Part shown: one piece after another, positions 17,981-27,138 of the stretch
Position numbering within the stretch: position 1 is the first letter of the stretch
Layout: the number at the start of each line of letters is the position of its first letter
Assembly: GCF_000025505.1 (NCBI RefSeq)
Contig: NC_013849.1
Coordinates: 1,980,001-2,012,000 of the forward strand
Direction of reading: 5' to 3'
Source of the DNA: Ferroglobus placidus DSM 10642
GTDB lineage: Archaea > Halobacteriota > Archaeoglobi > Archaeoglobales > Archaeoglobaceae
Length of the DNA: 32,000 bases
Notes under the pieces: model-generated
Seen by the model: only the letters and a program-made list of their open reading frames with translations
Told to the model about the DNA's origin: nothing
The model's database searches: none
Program-made: the position numbers and the translations under genes

Positions 17981-18121
17981 TTATTTAAATTTTTAAAATT
18001 TTTAGAAATCTAAGATAAACCGATAACAGTTATTGTTGGCGGTGCGTGAGGTGCTTGAAGCGCTTAGTAAGTTAAAGTTCAGAGTTTTCGTTTCTTCAAT
18101 TTTTCCAATTTTTCACTATCA

Positions 18122-18168
18122 ATAACCGTTAAATTTATATTGGTTAGATTACATGATTAATTGTGACA
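18122..18168 (+). promoter_or_regulatory. Shared promoter/operator, copy E
   Basis: ATAACCGTTAAATTTATAT (18122-18140), TGGTTA, and ACATGATTAATTGTGACA (18151-18168), identical to the 4694-4711 block. Confidence 0.78.
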
Positions 18169-18187
18169 TCTTAAAAGAGGTGTTCGA

Positions 18188-20242
18188 ATGAGAATCGGGA
18201 TCGATGTCGGTGGAACTTTTACCGACGTTGTTCTTGTAGATGATCAATCTGGAAAGCTTTACCACACGAAAACTCCAACAACGCCAAAAGATCTGACTGT
18301 CGGAGTTTTAAGAGGTATTGAAAAAATTCTTGAGATCAGTTCTGCAAAAATTGAAAATTTGAAGTATATAGTCCACGGAACGACGATAGGAACGAACGCA
18401 CTCATAGAAAGAAAAGGAGCAAAAACAGGGCTTATAACTACTGAAGGATTCATAGACGTGCTGGAGATAGGTAGATTCCAGCGGCCTAAAGAAGGACTTT
18501 ATGATATGACCGTAGACAACCCAGAACCTCTTGTTCCGAGGTATTTGAGAAAGGGTGTTAAAGAGAGAGTTAACAGCAAGGGAGAAATCGTAAGACCTCT
18601 CGACGAAAAATCGGCAAGAGAAGCTGTGGAGTTTTTAATCTCTGAAGGTGTTGAATCAATAGCAGTTTCGTTTCTGTTCTCGTTTTTGAATCCGACTCAC
18701 GAGAGAAGGGTTAGAGAGATAATAAAAGAAATTAATCCAGAGATTTACATTTCTCTTTCCTCTGATATAGCTCCAGAATTTAGGGAATACGAGAGAACAA
18801 GTACGACAGTCCTGAATGCCTACCTCCAGCCAATACTTGAAAGGTATCTTGAAGATCTTCAGAAAAAGCTTGAGAAAAAGTATGGAATAGAAGACCTAAG
18901 AATTATGCTCGTTCACGGAGGAATAATGCCGGCTGAAACCGCTAAGAAGTATGCGGTGGCAATAGTAAATTCAGGACCAGTGGGAGGAGTTGTAGCTGGA
19001 AGCTTTATTGGCAACATTCTCGGTTTTGAGAACATAATCACAGTAGACATGGGAGGGACAAGTTTTGACATTTCTTTAATTGAGAAAGGGACTCCCGTCG
19101 TTACTACGGAGGGAAAATTCGAAGGTTATCCTGTTAAAATACCCATCGTAGATGTGCATACAATTGGAGCTGGTGGAGGAAGCATAGCTTGGCTCGATAA
19201 AGCCGGAGTTCTTAATGTTGGTCCGCAAAGTGCTGGGGCAGATCCCGGACCAGCATGTTACGCAAAAGGAGGGAAAGATGCTACTGTGACTGATGCGAAC
19301 TTAGTTCTTGGAAGACTTTCTGCGGAGAACTTCCTTGGAGGAGAAATGAAGCTCGATGAGTCTCTTGCGAGAAAAGCAATCTCGAAACTTGCGAATCAGA
19401 TGGACATGAGCGTAGAAGAAGTAGCTATGGGAATAATAAGAGTAGCTGATGCGAAGATGGAAAAGGGGATAGCTACATGCTCGACTGAGAGGGGTTACGA
19501 TGTAAGAGAATTTGCTCTTGTCGCTTTCGGCGGAGCTGGACCATTGCATGCAGTTCAGATAGCCATGGATCTTAACATACCTTGGGTCATAATTCCACCA
19601 CTTCCTTCGGAATTCTCTGCTTTCGGACTTCTTGTTGCAGACATCAAGCATGACTACGTAAAAAGCTACATTGTCGAGGAGGATGAAGTAGATCTGTCTC
19701 TTCTCCAGAGTTACTTTGCTGAGCTGGAGAAAAGAGGAATTGAGCAGTTAAGAAAAGAGGGTGTAAGGGAGGAAGATATGGAAATCAAGTGGTCGATGGA
19801 CATGCGTTATTCCGGACAGAGCTACGAGTTGAACATTCCGGTTGAGAGGGGGACGAAGTTCACGAAGGAGAGTTTTGGAGAAATCATAAAGAGGTTCCAC
19901 AAAAGACACGAGGAAGTTTACACTTACAGTTCCGAGGATGAAAAGGTGGAAATCGTTAATCTAAGGGTAACTGCAATTGGAAAAGTGCCGAAAATTCAGC
20001 TTGAAAAAATCGAGAGAGGAAATAGAAATCCCCCAAGCGAGGCTTTAAAAGAAGAAAGAGAAGTTTATTTTGGAAACGGATTTTTGAGAGTACCAGTTTA
20101 CACAAGAGAGCTGATGCTTGCTGGAAATTTTGTAGAAGGACCATGTATAATCGAGGAGAGGTTCTCGACGACTGTTATTCACCCAGGCTGTAAGGCTAAG
20201 ATTGACGATTTCGGTAATATCATTGTTGAGGTGAAAGTCTGA
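18188..20242 (+). CDS. hyuA: Hydantoinase/oxoprolinase-type subunit A (acetone/acetophenone carboxylase-like)
   Basis: MRIGIDVGGTFTDVVLVDD, HGTTIGTNALIERKGAKTGLITTEGF, IITVDMGGTSFDISLIEKG, AFGGAGPLHA. Confidence 0.92.
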   Translation: MRIGIDVGGTFTDVVLVDDQSGKLYHTKTPTTPKDLTVGVLRGIEKILEISSAKIENLKYIVHGTTIGTNALIERKGAKTGLITTEGFIDVLEIGRFQRPKEGLYDMTVDNPEPLVPRYLRKGVKERVNSKGEIVRPLDEKSAREAVEFLISEGVESIAVSFLFSFLNPTHERRVREIIKEINPEIYISLSSDIAPEFREYERTSTTVLNAYLQPILERYLEDLQKKLEKKYGIEDLRIMLVHGGIMPAETAKKYAVAIVNSGPVGGVVAGSFIGNILGFENIITVDMGGTSFDISLIEKGTPVVTTEGKFEGYPVKIPIVDVHTIGAGGGSIAWLDKAGVLNVGPQSAGADPGPACYAKGGKDATVTDANLVLGRLSAENFLGGEMKLDESLARKAISKLANQMDMSVEEVAMGIIRVADAKMEKGIATCSTERGYDVREFALVAFGGAGPLHAVQIAMDLNIPWVIIPPLPSEFSAFGLLVADIKHDYVKSYIVEEDEVDLSLLQSYFAELEKRGIEQLRKEGVREEDMEIKWSMDMRYSGQSYELNIPVERGTKFTKESFGEIIKRFHKRHEEVYTYSSEDEKVEIVNLRVTAIGKVPKIQLEKIERGNRNPPSEALKEEREVYFGNGFLRVPVYTRELMLAGNFVEGPCIIEERFSTTVIHPGCKAKIDDFGNIIVEVKV

Positions 20243-21955
20243 TGAAGGCTGATGCTATTACGATGCAGGTTATTAGATACGCTCTTGAGAGGATTGCCGA
20301 CGAAATGGGGTATACAATAGTCAGAAGTGCGAGATCAACCATAATCAAGGAAGTTATGGACATCAGTTGTGCAATTTTCAATGAGAAAGGATATACGATA
20401 GCCCAAGCTCATCACGCCCCTATGCTTCTCGCGGGTTTCGAAATCACTATGAGAGAACTCGTCAAAAGATTTCCTCCAGATTCTCTTGAGGATGGAGACG
20501 TTATAATCTCTAACGATCCTTACATGGGTGGACAGCACGTTATGGACGTTCAAACCTTCGCTCCCGTGTTCTACGAAGATGAGCTCGTGGGTTTCGTTGG
20601 AAGCATTGCACACATGACAGACATGGGAGGAGCTGTTCCGGGAGGAGTTGCTGGAGGAATGACGGACATATTCATGGAAGGTCTTAGACTTCCGATGATC
20701 AAGCTGTACAAAGGATACAAAGAAAATGAGGATGTTTTTGCGATTTTGAAAAACAACATAAGAGTTCCAGAAAAAACTCTTGGTGATATAAGAGCTCTCG
20801 TCTCTGCAGACTACGTTGGGATCAAAAAGGTTAGAGAACTCTACAAAAAATACGGTGTCGAAGTAGTTTCTGAATGCCTAAACGCTCTTCTGGATTACTC
20901 CGAAAGGAGGATTAGAGAGGGGATAGAAAAGCTTCCCGATGGAAAATACAGCGGAGAAGTTTACATCGATGATGACGGAGTTACAGATGACCCAGTCAGG
21001 ATTAAAGTAAACGTTAGGATAAAAGGAGACGAAATAAAAGTCGATTTCAACGGAACTTCGAAGCAGGTTAGGGGTAACATAAACTGTCCGATAGCAACGA
21101 CCTATGCGGCAGTTTACTACACAATCATAGCGGTTGTCGATCCTCACGTCCCGATAAACTCCGGCTGCTACAGACCGATAACAATCGAAGCCGAAGAAGG
21201 ATTAGTGGTCAACCCCCGCCCACCAGCGGCTGTTGCAGCGAGAACCAACTGCTCTCAGAAAATAACTGAAGCCATGCTCAAAGCTTTGAGCGAAGCAGCC
21301 CCTGACAGAGTTATGGCTGGCAGTCATGCCCAGATAACAACCTGCAGCTTCAGCGGTTATCAGAACGGAAAGAGGTGGATATACATCGAAATCATGGGAG
21401 GAGGAATGGGAGCTCGTTCGTTCAAAGATGGTAAAGACGGGCAGGACTCGCATCTTGCGAGGTTTATGAACACTCCGATAGAAGCTATAGAGATAGAATA
21501 TCCGGTAATGATAGAAAGGTACGAGTTCATACCCGATTCAGGGGGAGCAGGAAAATACAGAGGAGCTTTAGGCTTGAGAAGAGACATCAGGTTTTTGACG
21601 GACGAAGTAGTTTTCGCAAGGTATGGAGACAGTCAAAAGTTTCCCCCCCCACGGTCTTTTCGGAGGAAAACCCGGCATGCCAGGAAGGTTTATTCTTAAT
21701 CCGGATAAAGACAACATCCGTTTGAAATCGAAGGGGGTTGACGTTTTGAGGAAGGGGGATGTCGTTAGCTTGCAGCTTCCCGGAGGCGGAGGATACGGAA
21801 ATCCGCTTGAAAGAGACTTTTCTCTAATCGAAAGGGATGTCAGAGACGGGAAAGTTACGATAGAGGGAGCTAAGAGAGATTACAAGGTTGTAATAGATCC
21901 AAAAACCCTGAAGGTTGATGTTGAGGCTACGAAAAAGCTGAGAGGTGAAATCTAA
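20242..21955 (+). CDS. hyuB: Hydantoinase B/HyuB-type subunit, interrupted by a frameshift at a C8 tract
   Basis: Frame 1 (20242-21699) ends ...ARYGDSQKFPPPRSFRRKTRHARKVYS*; the other frame (21623-21955) continues SFPPHGLFGGKPGMPGRFILNPDK...LQLPGGGGYGNPLERD. The switch falls at C8, 21643-21650. Confidence 0.88.
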
Positions 21956-22446
21956 TGGAGATCAAGCTTGTAGAAGAAATCTCTCACGACAAAGAGTCTG
22001 GAGGGTGGTATTATAAAGGGATTCGCTATCTTCTCATCCGACCCGAAACGATAATTGGGATCCAGAAGAAGGTGAATGAAATTTGTGGAGAAAGTAAAGA
22101 GGCTCTTTTCTCAGGAGGATATACCGGAGGTAAGTTATCTGCCGAAAAGTTTGCGAAAGAACTTGGACTTTCAAAAGAGGAAATCCTTGCTTTCATGTGC
22201 TCCATGGGAACTCAGCTTGGCTGGGGAAAAATGGAGTGGGAACTTCGCGAAGAAAAATTCGTTGTTAGAGTTCACAACTCTCCCTTTGCCGAAGCGTACG
22301 GAAATTCAACGAAAGGAGTTTGTCATCTCATCGAAGGTGTTTTTGCCGGGGTTGGGGAGATAATTTTTGGAAAAGCAGTAAGCGAGGAAAGACTGTGCAA
22401 GGCAAAAGGAGATGATTACTGCGAAATAGTTGTTGAGAGAAGGTGA
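21955..22446 (+). CDS. V4R-domain protein
   Basis: CSMGTQLGWGKMEWE...FAEAYG...GVCHLIEGVFAGVGEIIFGK...LCKAKGDDYCEIVVE; ATG overlaps the hyuB stop. Confidence 0.72.
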   Translation: MEIKLVEEISHDKESGGWYYKGIRYLLIRPETIIGIQKKVNEICGESKEALFSGGYTGGKLSAEKFAKELGLSKEEILAFMCSMGTQLGWGKMEWELREEKFVVRVHNSPFAEAYGNSTKGVCHLIEGVFAGVGEIIFGKAVSEERLCKAKGDDYCEIVVERR

Positions 22447-22452
22447 TGTTTT

Positions 22453-23595
22453 ATGGACTTCACTTTCACCGAAGAGCAGGAGATTTTTAGAAGAACTCTT
22501 CAGGAATTCGTTGAGAAGAAAGTTAAGCCAAAAGCAAACGAAATTGAAAGGAGTGGAGAATTCCCCAAGGATCTTTTCAAAGAACTTGCAGATCTGGGCT
22601 GCTTTGGTTTGAGGTATCCAGAAGAGTACGGTGGTGCCAACGCTGACTGCGTAACCTTCTGCATCTTCTGCGAGGAAATGGCTAAAGGTTTGCTGAGTTT
22701 GGCTGCGAGCGCTACGATTCAAGCTTTCCAGAGCACTCATTTCATAGCCAAATTTGGAAGTGAAGAGTTGAAAGAGGAATACCTCGTTCCAGCCATTAAG
22801 GGAGAGAAAATAGGAGCAATCTGCATGACGGAACCAAATGCCGGCTCGGATCTCGGTAGTATTACAACGACGGCTGTAAAAGACGGAGATGAGTACGTTA
22901 TAAACGGAGTAAAAACTTGGGTGACAAACGGAAGCATAGCCGACTTTTACACTGTCGCCGCAAGAACGAGTAAAGGGAAAGGAATGGAGGGAATAGATTT
23001 CTTTTTGGTGCCAAGAAAAGCGGAAGGGGTTGAAGTGGGAAGAGAAATTGACAAAATGGGTTTGAGAGGTTTGAAGACTTCTGAAGTCGTCTTTAACGAT
23101 GTAAGAATTCCGGCTGATCACCTCCTTGGCGAGAAGGAGGGGATGGGTCACATATATTTGAGGGAGATCTTAGCTGAGATAAGAGTATCCACCGGAGCTT
23201 TAAGCCTTGGAGCCGGTTCTGCTGTGATAAAGGATGCGATAGAATACGCAAAGGAGAGAGTTCAGTTTGGAAAGCCTATAGGAAAGTTTCAGGCTGTGAG
23301 GTTGATGATTGCAGAGGCTGCAACCGAGCTCGAAGCTGCAAAATGGCTCGTTTATCATGCGGCATGGCTTATAGATAAAGGAAGGAAGCCTATTAAAGAA
23401 GCAAGCATGGCGAAGCTGTTTGCGAGTGAGGCGGCGGTTAAAGCGGTTGACATAGCTTCAAGAGTGTTCGCAAGTTACGGTTTTTCAAAAGATCACGCTG
23501 TTGAAAGATTCTACAGAGATGTTCGCTTTCTTATCATCGGAGGTGGAACTTCTGAAATTTTGAAGCTGATTATTGCTTCCGAGCTGGGGTTGTGA
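22453..23595 (+). CDS. Acyl-CoA dehydrogenase
   Basis: ICMTEPNAGSDLGSITTTA, ERVQFGKPIGKFQAVRLMIAEAATELEAA, FYRDVRFLIIGGGTSEILKLIIA. Confidence 0.93.
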   Translation: MDFTFTEEQEIFRRTLQEFVEKKVKPKANEIERSGEFPKDLFKELADLGCFGLRYPEEYGGANADCVTFCIFCEEMAKGLLSLAASATIQAFQSTHFIAKFGSEELKEEYLVPAIKGEKIGAICMTEPNAGSDLGSITTTAVKDGDEYVINGVKTWVTNGSIADFYTVAARTSKGKGMEGIDFFLVPRKAEGVEVGREIDKMGLRGLKTSEVVFNDVRIPADHLLGEKEGMGHIYLREILAEIRVSTGALSLGAGSAVIKDAIEYAKERVQFGKPIGKFQAVRLMIAEAATELEAAKWLVYHAAWLIDKGRKPIKEASMAKLFASEAAVKAVDIASRVFASYGFSKDHAVERFYRDVRFLIIGGGTSEILKLIIASELGL

Positions 23596-23605
23596 GGTGA
23601 CGATT

Positions 23606-24022
23606 ATGGCTGAGAAAAAGAGGAGACTGAGAGTCCTCATCGCAAAAACGGGATTAGACGGTCATGATAAAGCAGCGAAGATCCTCGCTTTGTATCTGAG
23701 AAATGCAGGTTACGAAGTCCTTTATACTGGATTAAGAAGAACGATAGATGAAATTGTTAAAACGGCTATAGAAGAAGATGTTGACGTTATCGGATTAAGC
23801 TTCTACTCCGGAGTCCACCTTCCAGCCACTCAGGAACTTATGCAGAAGCTGAAGGAGGCTAACGTCGAAGATATAGTCGTAGTTGTTGGGGGTGTGATTC
23901 CTAAAAAGGATGTAAAGAAGCTGAAGGAAATGGGGGTTGCGGAAGTTTTTCCGGTTGGAACGAGAATTGATCATGTTTTGGATTTCTTCAAAAAGCTTGA
24001 GGAGGAGATCTGCCATGACTAA
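23606..24022 (+). CDS. B12-binding subunit of an acyl-CoA mutase
   Basis: RVLIAKTGLDGHDKAAKILALYLRNAGYEVLYTGLRRT...VVVVGGVIP; start at ATG 23606. Confidence 0.9.
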   Translation: MAEKKRRLRVLIAKTGLDGHDKAAKILALYLRNAGYEVLYTGLRRTIDEIVKTAIEEDVDVIGLSFYSGVHLPATQELMQKLKEANVEDIVVVVGGVIPKKDVKKLKEMGVAEVFPVGTRIDHVLDFFKKLEEEICHD

Positions 24023-25634
24023 AAAGGAAATAACTGAAAAAGATCTAAAAAAAGTTGTTTTGGAGTCAGGAATTGAGGTTAAGCCGATTTACCGTCCCGA
24101 GGATATAAAGGATATCGATTACGAGAGGGATATTGGTGATCCGGGAGAATTCCCTTATACGAGGGGGATTCACAAATTCATGTACCGCTACCGTCCTTGG
24201 ACGATGAGGCAGTATGCAGGCTTTGGCTCTCCGGAAGACTCTAATCAGAGGTTCAAGTTCCTCCTTGCACACGGACAGGACGCTTTAAACGTGGCATTCG
24301 ACTTACCAACCCAGCTTGGACTCGATTCGGATCACCCTCTGGCGAAATGGGAGGTTGGAAGAGTAGGGATGGCTGTAGATACTTTGAAAGACATGGAGAT
24401 AGCTTTTGACGGGATACCATTAGATAAAGTTAGTGTTTCTCTAACAATAAACGCTACAGCTCCGATAATTCTCTCGATGTATTTCGTTGTGGCTGAAAAG
24501 CAGGGAGTTGATTTAAAGAAGATAAGAGCAACTCCTCAGAATGACATTTTAAAGGAGTTCATTTCAAGGGGAGCTTGGATATTCCCAGTGGAACCTTCGG
24601 TAAAGCTCGTTTGTGATATAATTGAATTCTGCGCAAAGAACGCTCCGAAAGTTTATCCTGTCAGCGTTTGCGGATACCACATAAGAGAAAACGGAGCAAC
24701 TCCCGCCCAAGAAGTCGGTTATGCATTCAGCATAGCGTTAACGTACATAGACAAGGTTTTAGAGAGAGGATTGAAGGTCGATGACTTCGTTCCTCGTTTC
24801 TCTTTCAATTTTAATGTCTGGGGAAACATGTTTGAGCAAATAGCAAAACTCAGAGCAGCGAGGAGACTTTGGGCAAAGATAATTAGAGATAGGTACGGAG
24901 CCAAGAATCCCGATTCCATGAAGCTGAAAATGATCGCTGGTGGAGGGGGGAGCGGTCTTACTTATGAGCAGCCACTAAACAATATAGTTAGAGCTGCTTA
25001 CTACGCTCTCGTGGCAGCTTTAAGTGGAACACAGACGATGGCTCTTTGCACATACGACGAAGCTTATACGATTCCTTCAGCTAAAGCCTCCCTCATAGCT
25101 TTGAGAACTATGCAAATTCTAATGGAGGAAACCGGAGTTTGCGATACCGTCGATCCTCTTGGGGGATCTTACTACATAGAGTGGCTGACGAACGAGATGG
25201 AAAAGAAGATAGTGGAAGCAATGGAGGAAGTTGAGAAGTGGGGTGGGATGATAAGAGCGATAGAAAAAGGATACATTCAAGCTAAATTGGCTAAACAGTC
25301 CTATGAATATTACAGAAAAATACAAACAGGGGAAATCGTGAAGGTTGGAGTAAATAAGTACAGAATGGAGGAAGAAGAAGAGAAGGTGACCGAAATCTAC
25401 GAGTTTGATGAAAATGCTTACCAGAGACAAGTAGAGAGGTTAAAAGAAGTGAAAAACAGCAGAAACAATTTAAAGGTTAAGGAGAGCTTAGAAGAGATCA
25501 GAAAGGCTATAAAAAGGGACGAGAACCTCATGCCTTACATAATGGAAGCGGTAAGGCACTACGCAACTGTTGGAGAGATTACGCAGGTTTTGAAGGACGA
25601 GTACGGAGTGTTCAAAGAACCGTCAATTTTCTAA
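24015..25634 (+). CDS. Coenzyme B12-dependent acyl-CoA mutase, catalytic subunit (methylmalonyl-CoA-mutase-like, substrate uncertain)
   Basis: YRPWTMRQYAGFGSPEDSNQRFKFLLAHGQDALNVAFDLPTQLG, QNDILKEF, GYHIRENGATPAQE, LKMIAGGGGSGLTYEQPLNNIVR, VDPLGGSYYIEWLT. Start at ATG 24015 overlaps the small subunit. Confidence 0.9.
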   Translation: MTKKEITEKDLKKVVLESGIEVKPIYRPEDIKDIDYERDIGDPGEFPYTRGIHKFMYRYRPWTMRQYAGFGSPEDSNQRFKFLLAHGQDALNVAFDLPTQLGLDSDHPLAKWEVGRVGMAVDTLKDMEIAFDGIPLDKVSVSLTINATAPIILSMYFVVAEKQGVDLKKIRATPQNDILKEFISRGAWIFPVEPSVKLVCDIIEFCAKNAPKVYPVSVCGYHIRENGATPAQEVGYAFSIALTYIDKVLERGLKVDDFVPRFSFNFNVWGNMFEQIAKLRAARRLWAKIIRDRYGAKNPDSMKLKMIAGGGGSGLTYEQPLNNIVRAAYYALVAALSGTQTMALCTYDEAYTIPSAKASLIALRTMQILMEETGVCDTVDPLGGSYYIEWLTNEMEKKIVEAMEEVEKWGGMIRAIEKGYIQAKLAKQSYEYYRKIQTGEIVKVGVNKYRMEEEEEKVTEIYEFDENAYQRQVERLKEVKNSRNNLKVKESLEEIRKAIKRDENLMPYIMEAVRHYATVGEITQVLKDEYGVFKEPSIF

Positions 25635-25657
25635 AGCATGAAAGCGGAGTGTTAAAA

Positions 25658-26662
25658 ATGATAAGCAGCGAAAGGAAAATAATAGAAATTTTGAAAATTC
25701 TTTCAGAGCAAAAAGAGCCGGTAGGAGCCAAGTTTATAGCTGATCAGCTGAAAAAAAGAGGAATCTACCTGACAGAGCCTACCGTTCGCTACTACTTGAG
25801 AATTCTCGACGAAAGAGGCTTGACTAAAAACTACGGATTGCGGGGAAGAGTAATTACGGAAAAGGGTTTGAAAGAAATAGAGAAAGGGGATATAGCCGAT
25901 AGAATAGGGTACAGCATAAGCAGAGTTCACGAATGCGTTTTTTACTCTGACTTCGATGTGGAAAGTGGAGAGGGTAAGGTAGTTGCAAACTTGGCAATCT
26001 TTCCGAGAGAGTACTTGGAAGAAGTTTTGGACATGTTTTACAGGTGCTGGAAAAAAGGTTTGACATTCAGCGATAAAGTAATAGTGGATGAGAACATTCC
26101 CTTTATCGAGGAAAACGAGGTGGGATTGTACTACATTTCAAGCTTTACACTCGATGCCATTCTTTACAGAAACGGAATAGTCTCTTCACCTAGGTTTGCG
26201 GGATCCATAGAGATCTCAAACTTCAACTTCGTGAGGTTTACACAGGTCATAGGACTCGAGGAATCATCAATCACCGCTTTAGACCTCTTCATTCAGAGGA
26301 TGTACTCTGATAAGGACGAGGAGTCTATTTCCAACCTCCTTGAGAAAGGAGAAGGGGAAGTTTACGGAATGTACAGAGAAATACCGTTCGTGGCAAGAGA
26401 AAAAACGATAGAGATTCTTGAAAAATTAAAAGAGTACGGAATCTCTCCTCTTTACGTAATCGGCGAGCTGGACAAAAGCGTTTGTGGCATTCCGCCGAAG
26501 GGTGTGAACAAAGTTGGATTGGTTTGCGTGGGACCTTCAACACCCGTAGGAATCCTCAGGGCTTTGAAAGTTCCGATTAGAGTGCACATATCAAGCGAGA
26601 TTATCGAGTTTTCCAAATTTAAGAGCCTTGAGAGTTATTTAGAGGTGAAGAGTTATGAGTAA
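25658..26662 (+). CDS. HTH + DUF128 (NrpR-like) transcriptional regulator
   Basis: N-terminal winged HTH (AKFIADQLKKRGIYLTEPTVRYYLRILDERGLT) and a single NrpR-like domain (GKVVANLAIFPREYLEEVLDMF...VGLVCVGPSTPVGILRALKVPIRV). Confidence 0.8.
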   Translation: MISSERKIIEILKILSEQKEPVGAKFIADQLKKRGIYLTEPTVRYYLRILDERGLTKNYGLRGRVITEKGLKEIEKGDIADRIGYSISRVHECVFYSDFDVESGEGKVVANLAIFPREYLEEVLDMFYRCWKKGLTFSDKVIVDENIPFIEENEVGLYYISSFTLDAILYRNGIVSSPRFAGSIEISNFNFVRFTQVIGLEESSITALDLFIQRMYSDKDEESISNLLEKGEGEVYGMYREIPFVAREKTIEILEKLKEYGISPLYVIGELDKSVCGIPPKGVNKVGLVCVGPSTPVGILRALKVPIRVHISSEIIEFSKFKSLESYLEVKSYE

Positions 26663-27137
26663 AAAACTCGTTTTTGATTTTACGAAATGTACTGGATGCA
26701 GAGCTTGCGAATTGGCTTGCAGCTTCGCTAACGAGGGTGTTTTTTCCCCTTCCAAGGCAAGAGTTCGGGTTGTGAAGTTTGAGTGGGATGGTGTAGACAT
26801 ACCCATAGGATGCGAACACTGCGAAGAAGCACCTTGCATGATAATCTGCCCGGTTAAAGCGATTTACAGAGATGAAGAAACGAATGCAGTTTTGCTCGAC
26901 CCAGACATTTGCATAGGCTGCAAGCAGTGCATGGTGGTATGTCCTTTCGGTGCTATAGGCTTTGACGAGGATAGAAAAGTTCTTTTCAAATGCGATCTTT
27001 GCAGGGGAGATCCCGAATGCGTGAAGTGGTGCTTCACGGGAGCGATAAGTTACGTAACTCCAAATGAGGAGACATTAGAAAAGAGGATTAAGGTTGGAAA
27101 AAAGAAGGTTGCTGCTCAATCCGTCTGGGGTGTTTAA
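26655..27137 (+). CDS. Four-cluster [4Fe-4S] ferredoxin-type electron transfer subunit
   Basis: CTGCRACELACS, CEHCEEAPCMIICP, CIGCKQCMVVCP, CDLCRGDPECVKWC. Confidence 0.92.
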   Translation: MSKKLVFDFTKCTGCRACELACSFANEGVFSPSKARVRVVKFEWDGVDIPIGCEHCEEAPCMIICPVKAIYRDEETNAVLLDPDICIGCKQCMVVCPFGAIGFDEDRKVLFKCDLCRGDPECVKWCFTGAISYVTPNEETLEKRIKVGKKKVAAQSVWGV

Positions 27138-27138
27138 G

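Noticed and set aside
18023-18033. ATAACAGTTAT mini-palindrome upstream of the hyuA promoter
   Set aside because: Short dyad in AT-rich sequence; resembles part of the shared element but is too weak to call.
22306-23151. 281-aa minus-strand ORF
   Set aside because: Antisense to the well-supported V4R and acyl-CoA dehydrogenase genes; Ser/Phe-rich low-information translation with no domain.
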